From: a virus
Strand: one strand, 5' to 3'
Length of the DNA: 64,000 nucleotides
IMG/VR virus record: IMGVR_UViG_3300004807_000021
Coordinates: 10,712-74,711 of that record
Position 1 is the first letter of the stretch; the number at the start of each line of letters is the position of its first letter. This document shows, in pieces, positions 29,206 through 36,390 of the stretch. The notes beneath the pieces are model-generated. The model searched no databases. It saw only the letters and a list, made by a program, of their open reading frames with translations, and was not told where the DNA came from. A program made the position numbers and the translations under genes.

Positions 29206-30030
29206 ATGAATAACCCCTTACAAAAGTATTTTAGACAACCCAAAATTTTTATTCGCCTGCCCAGCGGAGGAGTTTTCAATCAGCCTGGTGCTATTCAGGG
29301 CGATCCTGAACACATTCCTGTCTATGGCATGACTGGCATGGACGAAATTATAATTAAAACGCCCGACAGCCTGTTGACAGGAGAAAGTACGGCAGCCATT
29401 GTGGCCAGTTGCTGTCCCACTATTAAAGATCCATGGGATGTCAGCAACATTGACCTGCCCATTATCATGGCAGCCATACGCATTGCCACATTTGGTCCCG
29501 AGCTGGGCGTTAGTCACAAGTGTGACAACTGCGGTACTGTAAACGAATATGACTTGGAACTCAATAAAATCATTGAATACTACATGACCACACAGTTTGA
29601 CAATCAATTGATTGTGGGCGAGCTGGCAGTTAAACTGCGCCCTTTGAACTATAAAGAAAGCACAGACGTCAGTATTAAAAACTTCAAGATACAACAACAG
29701 ATTTCACAAGTGGAAGCCATTGAAGATGCTGACCAACGTCAAACTGTATTGAATAGACTGTTTGTTGAACTGGCACAGGTCAACAATGAAATATTCAAAA
29801 TGGTAGTGGAAAGCGTTGAGATTGACAATCAAGTGGTAACTGAACGCAGATTCCTAGAAGAGTGGATTGACAACTGCGAAAAACATGTGTTTGATCAAAT
29901 CAGAGATCACAACAAGGGCAATGCAGATCGCTTTAGCATGCCCTTGTTTCCTGTCAAGTGTGACAACTGCGGAACCGAAGTCAAACTGTCTGTGGATCTA
30001 GATCAAAGCAGTTTTTTCGTTCAAGCCTAA
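29206..30030 (+). CDS. Baseplate hub assembly protein, T4 gp26/gp51-like
   Basis: NPL..YFRQPK..I.LPS.G, MT..DE...K.PD.LL.G, D...I..AIRIAT.G motifs and two CxxC pairs; GGAG RBS. Confidence 0.75.
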   Translation: MNNPLQKYFRQPKIFIRLPSGGVFNQPGAIQGDPEHIPVYGMTGMDEIIIKTPDSLLTGESTAAIVASCCPTIKDPWDVSNIDLPIIMAAIRIATFGPELGVSHKCDNCGTVNEYDLELNKIIEYYMTTQFDNQLIVGELAVKLRPLNYKESTDVSIKNFKIQQQISQVEAIEDADQRQTVLNRLFVELAQVNNEIFKMVVESVEIDNQVVTERRFLEEWIDNCEKHVFDQIRDHNKGNADRFSMPLFPVKCDNCGTEVKLSVDLDQSSFFVQA

Positions 30031-30251
30031 TTAGTCTCTCACCCCAAGAGATTGAACAGAAATTAATTAGGCTAGACAATCAAGTTAAAGAATTCAAACA
30101 AGACTTATTTAGAATCAGTTGGTATATGCGAGGGGGTGTAACTGTTAATGATCTACTACAGACCTACAGTTACGAAGATCGTGAAATGATATACAACATT
30201 ATCAACGACAATATCAAAGCCACTCAAGACACGCGAATGCCATTACTGTAA
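30018..30251 (+). CDS. -1 frame extension of the gp26/51-like gene (77 codons), probably reached by ribosomal frameshift
   Basis: Open frame RSSLISLSPQEIEQKLIRLDNQVKEFKQDLFRISWYMRGGVTVNDLLQTYSYEDREMIYNIINDNIKATQDTRMPLL*. It begins at the slippery T TTT TTC and has no ATG/GTG/TTG until 30126. Confidence 0.75.
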   Translation, partial: RSSLISLSPQEIEQKLIRLDNQVKEFKQDLFRISWYMRGGVTVNDLLQTYSYEDREMIYNIINDNIKATQDTRMPLL

Positions 30252-30684
30252 AGAAGAACTGCGTTCTTCTGTTCTTCGCTTTCGCTCGAACTATTCTAGC
30301 TTCACAATTAAACGCGAAGCGTTAAGATATTATCTAGATCGTTCAGTCACACTTTGCCCTAGCGGGCAAAGCGAATGGACATTATCTGAGTCGAACAATA
30401 TCACTTAGCGTTAGCACTAGAACGTAGGCGGTCATCCGGTACCTACTCATGCTGTCTTTATATGACGGCGGGCTTGTTGCATACGCTAACACACAACAAA
30501 CCGTGGGGCTACAACCCCTCTTTTAGCCTTTTGAAATCTTTCTAAACAGCAAAACCAGTTGTATGAAGGCATATCTGATCCACGTCCTGTCAAGGATAGT
30601 TGCTGAGTACTCCTACGGCTGGAGAATTCCGTCCCTCTTATTATCGAGTTGTCATGGGCGCATGATGTTGGCCTGCGCTAGCTT
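30252..30684 (-). ncRNA. Candidate large structured non-coding RNA (~430 nt) downstream of the GIY-YIG gene
   Basis: More than ten hairpins and long-range helices in an ORF-free gap of an otherwise gap-free region. Most imperfect pairs are G-U on the minus strand (A-C on plus). No family recognised. Confidence 0.65.
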
Positions 30685-31122
30685 TTAACCGTTTAACTGT
30701 TTGCCTTTGATGTGGGAGCCGTGGACACGAACAGATATCTGACCATTGTAATAGTCGTCAGATTCCAATACCCTGCGTGTAAATTGTTCTCGTGCCTCTA
30801 TGTATGACGTTTCGGCTTTACTGGTACAGTAAAATAATATTTCTCGCCGAAAGTTTTCTTGACCTAACTGCGCGACATCCTTGAGTAGTTCGTCTGAAGA
30901 TCCATAATAGTCTCTCCAGTCTGAATCAATTTTGCCACGGATTTTCTTTTTTTTCTTAGTGCCGTTCTTTAATTTAACTACTTTGTATGTGGTTTTAGAA
31001 AATTTAGCTAGTTTTTTGCCTATGTACATACGCCCTGTGACTGTATTTGTTATAAGATATACAAACCCAACACAGGTTTCGGGCAATTCTGTTATTAATT
31101 GATTTTCATAGTACCAGGACAT
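30685..31122 (-). CDS. Stand-alone GIY-YIG family endonuclease
   Basis: GFVYLITN...GRMYIGKK, Y.GSS, F.REIL..C, E...Q and YYN motifs; 145 aa with no separate C-terminal DNA-binding domain. Confidence 0.85.
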   Translation of the reverse strand: MSWYYENQLITELPETCVGFVYLITNTVTGRMYIGKKLAKFSKTTYKVVKLKNGTKKKKKIRGKIDSDWRDYYGSSDELLKDVAQLGQENFRREILFYCTSKAETSYIEAREQFTRRVLESDDYYNGQISVRVHGSHIKGKQLNG

Positions 31123-31134
31123 TAACTATGTAGT

Positions 31135-31404
31135 TTATTCTGTCCCAGAGTCCTTGTCATTTTGGTTTGCCTTGCGTTCAGCCTTAGATTGATCTAGATA
31201 CACACGATACTGCTGTACGTGTTCTCTACGTTGTCGTGCTATAATACGGATCTGCGCTAGCCAGTAGCGCATGTTTTCGCCTGCTCGTCTTGTGCCTTTG
31301 CGTTGCCAATCCTGATTGGCCTTAAAGTATTCTCTAAAGGCCGCCATGAGTTGCTCATGCGACTCTTCATTTTGATAGGGACTGGGCTCAACGTGCTTAC
31401 TCAT
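31135..31404 (-). CDS. Small basic helical protein, Hc1-like putative nucleic-acid-binding protein
   Basis: 89 aa. KGTRRAGENMRYWLAQIRIIARQRR resembles the KG.KAAG.RARK.L...RR pattern of Hc1-like proteins. Confidence 0.5.
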   Translation of the reverse strand: MSKHVEPSPYQNEESHEQLMAAFREYFKANQDWQRKGTRRAGENMRYWLAQIRIIARQRREHVQQYRVYLDQSKAERKANQNDKDSGTE

Positions 31405-33178
31405 TTACTTCTAGATCATTGGCATACGAAGTATAGCCATTCTCTTTGATAACTTTGAGCACGTTGTTGACACGGCCAATCAGTTCATCACGGTGCGATA
31501 TCAAGAAAATATTCTTTTTACGTTCACGCGACATCTTTTTAAGCACTGCCAGTGCGCCTTCAACACCCGACGCATCGAGTCCGTTGTCAATAAGCTCGTC
31601 CACAAACAGCAAGTTAATGGGCTGATATAGACTTTCCCACACATCTCTAAAGGCCCATGACAGGGACAGTATCAAGCGATTACGCTCGCCACGGCTCAAG
31701 TTATCAAAGTCTAGGTCCTGACCCAGCTGAGTAATCAGCACACTTAGGTCGTTTTGGAACATGACAGTATGTGGCAAGCCCATCTTATCAAGATAATAAG
31801 TCAATCGATTGTTTAGATAGGCCAAGTTTTGATCAATAATCTTCTTACGAATAAAGCTATCCTTGCTGGTTAGTAGTTTAAGCAAGAACTCTTGATGATC
31901 TTTCAGCTGTGTAAGCGTGTTGACTGTGTCCCAAGTGACTTCTTGTATGGCAGTATTGGTCAATTCATCAATCTGTTCCTGGTAAGGATCGGACTCGCCC
32001 GCCTTGATCTGTAGCTGTGTTTCAAGAGTTTTAAGATTGTTTTGATGTTTAAGCGCCTGTTCAACGCTGTCATAGTAGGTAGTGGGCTTGCGAGGAACGT
32101 CTCCAATGGCGGCAATTTCTTTTTGTATTTTGTTGAAATCTTTTGTGACCTTGTCCAAATATTTTCGGGCCTCATCAAGGTGCTGTTGTGCCGTAGCAGT
32201 CATTTCTTCATGTTTATGGTCATGGAGAGTTTGTTCACAAGCGTGACAGGTCTTGTTAGCCAACTTGGCGAGCTCGCCGTCATACTTTGTGACGCTTCGC
32301 TCCGCTTGCGCTATCGCGCTATTTAACGTAGCTTGTTCCTTTTCTAGGCTTTTTAGCTTTGCTGATTTCTCAGCAAACTCCTTGAGCTCCGTATGCTTCG
32401 CAAGCTCAGCTTCAATATCTACGCCCTCAAGTTCTACAATAGCCCTGCCAATCTTTTCAACTTCGGTGGCATGTTGATTGCGCCAAGCACTTTGCCTAGT
32501 TAGAATGCCATCAATACTCTTTTGAATGTTTTCATTGCTACGTTTGATAGCTTCTATGTTGGCTGATTCTTGTGTAATATTGTCTTTAGTTTGTCTAATT
32601 TGTTCTTTAAGAGCTTCAGCTTTCTCACTTAACAGAGTAATACCTAGAAGTTGTTCAATGATCACTCGCTGATCATTGGCCCGCATACTTAAAAACGGTT
32701 CTGTATATGTGTTTAATGCAACAATGTGCTTGAACATGTCGTGACTCATGCCCAGAAGATCGTCTAAATCCTTCTGAGTTTCACGCATGTCGCCCTGACT
32801 GTCATCTGTTTCTTCAACATCTTGTGCTTGATCGTTGACAAAAAATTGCATGACAGTGGGTTTGCGTCCACGTTCAATACGATAATCTATTCCGTCTTTT
32901 TCAAAAGACAGAGTAACCAACATGTTTTTGTTGTTAATCTTGTTGATTAAGTTGTCTTTCTTGATATTAGTAAGTGCATTACCAAATAAAGCAAAACTCA
33001 ATGCGTTGACAATAGTAGTCTTACCCGTACCATTACGGCTTCCGCTGTCGTCGCCGCCTTGATCTAAGTTTTCGCCTAGTACAAGTGTTAAATTTTCTTG
33101 TGCAAAGTTTACAGCCTGGGTTTGATTACCCACACTCATAAAGTTTTTAACTGTTAATTCTTTTAATTTTATTGTCAT
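31397..33178 (-). CDS. gp46: Recombination endonuclease ATPase subunit (SbcC/Rad50-like)
   Basis: KNFMSVGN, Walker A NGTGKTT, zinc hook CHAC, signature LSRGE, Walker B LLFVDE, ISH. Confidence 0.95.
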   Translation of the reverse strand: MTIKLKELTVKNFMSVGNQTQAVNFAQENLTLVLGENLDQGGDDSGSRNGTGKTTIVNALSFALFGNALTNIKKDNLINKINNKNMLVTLSFEKDGIDYRIERGRKPTVMQFFVNDQAQDVEETDDSQGDMRETQKDLDDLLGMSHDMFKHIVALNTYTEPFLSMRANDQRVIIEQLLGITLLSEKAEALKEQIRQTKDNITQESANIEAIKRSNENIQKSIDGILTRQSAWRNQHATEVEKIGRAIVELEGVDIEAELAKHTELKEFAEKSAKLKSLEKEQATLNSAIAQAERSVTKYDGELAKLANKTCHACEQTLHDHKHEEMTATAQQHLDEARKYLDKVTKDFNKIQKEIAAIGDVPRKPTTYYDSVEQALKHQNNLKTLETQLQIKAGESDPYQEQIDELTNTAIQEVTWDTVNTLTQLKDHQEFLLKLLTSKDSFIRKKIIDQNLAYLNNRLTYYLDKMGLPHTVMFQNDLSVLITQLGQDLDFDNLSRGERNRLILSLSWAFRDVWESLYQPINLLFVDELIDNGLDASGVEGALAVLKKMSRERKKNIFLISHRDELIGRVNNVLKVIKENGYTSYANDLEVNE

Positions 33179-34188
33179 AGGCTGTTATAAATTGCTAGTA
33201 ATGTATTTTTGTCGTAAGTATCACTGTCAATATTGACAATTTGACTAGATACAATTTGATCTACACTTTCAAATGCTTGTACATCTATGTTGGTATTGAT
33301 TTCAACATCTTTCTTTTCAGCAATAAGTGTAAGTTCTCTAATGTCATAGTCTGCTACAAACTTTTCTTTGATAAAACTAGCTTCTTCATATGTGATATCT
33401 ATGTCTAGTGTAACACGTAAATGTTGCTTGGGCAATATTATTTTGTCCGCTTCATCAATTAGTTGACTTAATTTAATAGTTCTAAAGGTAGGTTGTCCTG
33501 GCCAACTATGATATTCTGGAGTTCCTCCCCATTCTAAAGTCATCATTCCACGCTCGTCGTCCCATGCATCTGCATAATTGTGCGGAAATGCATTGCCAAT
33601 ATAGATCATATTGCCTTTTTGTTGACGTTTATGAAAGTGTCCGCTAAATCCTAGCTCATATTGTTTGAAACTATCTAACTGAATCTCTCCGTGATCCGGC
33701 ATTTGCACCATTGCATTCATGAAGAAGCTGGGGAGTTCGAAGTGTCCGAAGATGTATTTTCCGCCTTTTTTGCTAATGGATCTCCACTCTTCGCCAACCA
33801 ACCACGGACAAAGGGTGACATCTCCAATAGTAGTAGGCTCGTGTACGACAGTGACACCAGGAATATACTTTCCAAATTCCACACTGTGTATGTCCCGCTT
33901 ATCCTTGTAATATAAATCATGATTACCAGGAAAGAAATAGAAGTTATCAAACGCCTGCCCCAGCTTTTCCAGGGCCCTAAGGCTATAATCCATTGTAGTA
34001 ATGTTAAGGCTATTACGATTATGATGCCAATCGCCCATAAAGATACCTGTATCACAACCTTCCTCCTTTGCTTTTGCAATGTACCAATCTACAAAGTCTT
34101 CACAGTCTTGGTTGTGTACACTACTGTTAGACTTTAATCCGAAATGAATGTCCGTAAAACAAGCTACTTTCTTAAACAACTGTGTCAT
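33175..34188 (-). CDS. gp47: Recombination endonuclease nuclease subunit (SbcD/Mre11-like)
   Basis: TDIHFG, GDWHH, GNHD, GHFE and SGHFH metallophosphoesterase motifs. Confidence 0.95.
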   Translation of the reverse strand: MTQLFKKVACFTDIHFGLKSNSSVHNQDCEDFVDWYIAKAKEEGCDTGIFMGDWHHNRNSLNITTMDYSLRALEKLGQAFDNFYFFPGNHDLYYKDKRDIHSVEFGKYIPGVTVVHEPTTIGDVTLCPWLVGEEWRSISKKGGKYIFGHFELPSFFMNAMVQMPDHGEIQLDSFKQYELGFSGHFHKRQQKGNMIYIGNAFPHNYADAWDDERGMMTLEWGGTPEYHSWPGQPTFRTIKLSQLIDEADKIILPKQHLRVTLDIDITYEEASFIKEKFVADYDIRELTLIAEKKDVEINTNIDVQAFESVDQIVSSQIVNIDSDTYDKNTLLAIYNSL

Positions 34189-35018
34189 TCTGTGTCCTCT
34201 GAATAACGTTTCAATGCCGCCGCATGTTCTCCAGCACCAGTTCTACTGTAGCTAGGATTCATACCATTAATTTCTAAGATATCGTCACGTATGTTTTGAT
34301 TACGTTTTTCTGTGTTGATAACACGGACAAAACTATTAGTTACTGCCGCAGTAAAATAAGCAAAGGGGTTATCGCTTTTACTTTCATCAAATTGCAATCC
34401 GATCTGTGTTAATTGCAATATAGCCATACCTTTCATCTCATCGTTATAAGTATAACCTCGCACATTACCGCGAGTAGCATAGCGTTCGCATAGTTTAATC
34501 ATCATACGTGCCAGGGTATTAGTGATTTGTCCAGCATCTTTATCAAACTTGCCCTTTTCTAAATCACCTTTCCAATGGCTTTTGCCTACACATATGAGTT
34601 TTTCTGGATCTTTATCATCAAACTTCCAATGTTGAAATGGTGGAAAGTTAACTTTGTCTCTATGATCAGCAAGACTTTTAGGATTTTTCTTACGTGTTCC
34701 ATTTAATGGAATATGATCAAATGTCATAACACGGAATACAACACTGGTCTTTGCTATCTTTTTATAGTCAATTTCACAATCAGCTAATTTAATCTTTTCG
34801 CCAGCTTTCTTTCTTTGTTCAAAATCTTGTTGTCCCAGTCGTTTAGCCTGTACACGTTTGGCTTCTGCAATAGTTCTAACATTAATTTTGTCTAAACTGG
34901 GTACAATCAAATCATATTGATGATATTCTGGTTTGGTGAAACTACAATATGATGTTTTTGATCTATGTATTTCTAACAACATATCCTTGTTGTTTAAGTA
35001 ATTTACTTTTGCTGTCAT
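34185..35018 (-). CDS. gp55: Sigma factor for late transcription, T4 gp55 family (enlarged)
   Basis: NYLNNKDML N-terminus; GYTY.DEM...A, FD..KS.NPFAYFT....NSF.R.I..EK motifs; adjacent to gp47/gp46. Confidence 0.9.
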   Translation of the reverse strand: MTAKVNYLNNKDMLLEIHRSKTSYCSFTKPEYHQYDLIVPSLDKINVRTIAEAKRVQAKRLGQQDFEQRKKAGEKIKLADCEIDYKKIAKTSVVFRVMTFDHIPLNGTRKKNPKSLADHRDKVNFPPFQHWKFDDKDPEKLICVGKSHWKGDLEKGKFDKDAGQITNTLARMMIKLCERYATRGNVRGYTYNDEMKGMAILQLTQIGLQFDESKSDNPFAYFTAAVTNSFVRVINTEKRNQNIRDDILEINGMNPSYSRTGAGEHAAALKRYSEDTE

Positions 35019-35041
35019 CCGGTAGAGTCCTCTAATAAGTT

Positions 35042-35070
35042 ATTATAAACTACGCACATAATAAAGTCAA
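35042..35070 (-). promoter_or_regulatory. Host sigma70-type promoter for the gp55-gp47-gp46 operon
   Basis: Minus strand TTGACT (35070-35065), 17-nt spacer, TATAAT (35047-35042). Confidence 0.85.
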
Positions 35071-35077
35071 ATAAATA
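35054..35077 (+). promoter_or_regulatory. Late promoter GCAC-N14-TAAATA for the baseplate operon
   Basis: TAAATA at 35072-35077 upstream of the AGGAG RBS; GCAC at 35054-35057. Confidence 0.7.
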
Positions 35078-35101
35078 ATACATCAAAAGGAGTATTTTAT
35101 T

Positions 35102-36088
35102 ATGGCATTGGGTGATAGTCTTTCTCAATCGATTTCTAGCGCATCTGGTTTAATTGGAGCCGCGTCATCGGGCCTAAATACGCTTAGTGATTTATCGGGT
35201 TCTTTTAATCTAGCAGATAGCCTGTTAAACGGCACTGGACTAGCCGCGGGCGCAGAAGCAATTGGAGATATTGCAGGTGCTGTTTCAAGTTTTGGGGGCG
35301 ATGCGGCCGCCAATGACTGGCGTGTAAGATTAAGTTTGGCCAACTGGACTAGCTTCAAAGGTAGCCCTGTGTTAAAACCATTAAAAGACGCTGGTGGACT
35401 CATTTTCCCTTATACTCCAGAAATAACAATACAAAGTAGTGCTTCATATAGCAAAATTGATACGGTACACAACAACTATACCTTTCAATCATTCAAAAGT
35501 AGCGACCCTGGATCGATAACAATTACTGCACCATTCAACGTTGAAGATGCTACACAAGGATTATACTGGATTGCCGCGGTTCATTATTTACGTAGCCTTA
35601 CCAAAATGTTTGTTGGAAATGATCCAAAGGCTGGAAATCCTCCTCCTGTGGTATTCTTAAACGGGTATGGTAACTATGTTTTTAAGAATGTTCCAGTAGT
35701 AGTAACACAAATGTCAGTGTCATTAAATTCACAATGCGATTACATTGGCGTTAATGTAGTAGGAAGTGCCGCAGGAGAAATACAAGGTATTGCAGGAGGC
35801 ATAGGCGGCCTTGCAGATACCATAGGCGGATTTGGAGATCCAGGAGGACTACTGTCCAGTGTAGCTGGTGGTATAAGTAGTGTAGCTGGAGCAGTTGGTA
35901 ATATTGCTGGAGTTGCAGGATCGCTAGGCCTAGGAGGGCAAACTAGTGGTGGTGTAACACACGTACCAACTAAAAGTAGCTTTACTGTAACACTAGCACC
36001 TATCTATAGTAGAAATAGTGCTAAGAATTTTAGTCTTGATAGATTTGTTCAAGGCGGTTATCTAAACAGCCCATTCGGATACATTTAA
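35102..36088 (+). CDS. Baseplate/tail-tube initiator (gp48/gp54-like)
   Basis: GLIFPYTP.I, HNNY, LRS.TKMF.G, GNPPP...L.GYG...F..VPVVV motifs of tube-initiator-type proteins; Gly-rich inserts. Confidence 0.6.
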   Translation: MALGDSLSQSISSASGLIGAASSGLNTLSDLSGSFNLADSLLNGTGLAAGAEAIGDIAGAVSSFGGDAAANDWRVRLSLANWTSFKGSPVLKPLKDAGGLIFPYTPEITIQSSASYSKIDTVHNNYTFQSFKSSDPGSITITAPFNVEDATQGLYWIAAVHYLRSLTKMFVGNDPKAGNPPPVVFLNGYGNYVFKNVPVVVTQMSVSLNSQCDYIGVNVVGSAAGEIQGIAGGIGGLADTIGGFGDPGGLLSSVAGGISSVAGAVGNIAGVAGSLGLGGQTSGGVTHVPTKSSFTVTLAPIYSRNSAKNFSLDRFVQGGYLNSPFGYI

Positions 36089-36089
36089 C

Positions 36090-36389
36090 ATGGCCAACTA
36101 TTCAAACACAAGTCCTTGGTATACTACAGAAGTCACAAATAATTATTTGGACGTACTGGCTATTCGACCTGTCAGTGCATCTGCAGACGATATTTTATAT
36201 ACAATAGATGCAAAATTTGCCTATCGCCCAGATTTATTAGCATTTGCTTTGTACGGAAATTCTAGCCTATGGTGGGTCTTTATGCAACGTAATATGGACG
36301 TACTTCAAGATCCTGTTTTAGATTTTGCTCCAGGCACACAAATTTATCTTTGCAAACTAAGTGAATTAACATCTGCGTTAGGACTATAA
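36090..36389 (+). CDS. gp53: Baseplate wedge protein, gp53/LysM-like
   Basis: YRPDLLAF.LYG...LWWVF..RN motif. Confidence 0.75.
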   Translation: MANYSNTSPWYTTEVTNNYLDVLAIRPVSASADDILYTIDAKFAYRPDLLAFALYGNSSLWWVFMQRNMDVLQDPVLDFAPGTQIYLCKLSELTSALGL

Positions 36390-36390
36390 C

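Noticed and set aside
30252-31134. Group I intron carrying a GIY-YIG homing endonuclease (CAGCAACUA and AGAAUAGUUC loosely resemble P7 strands, followed by a GAAA hairpin)
   Set aside because: No interrupted host gene, only 12 nt upstream of the nuclease ORF for P1-P6, and the would-be G-binding pair is A-U rather than G-C. A derived intron remnant cannot be fully excluded.
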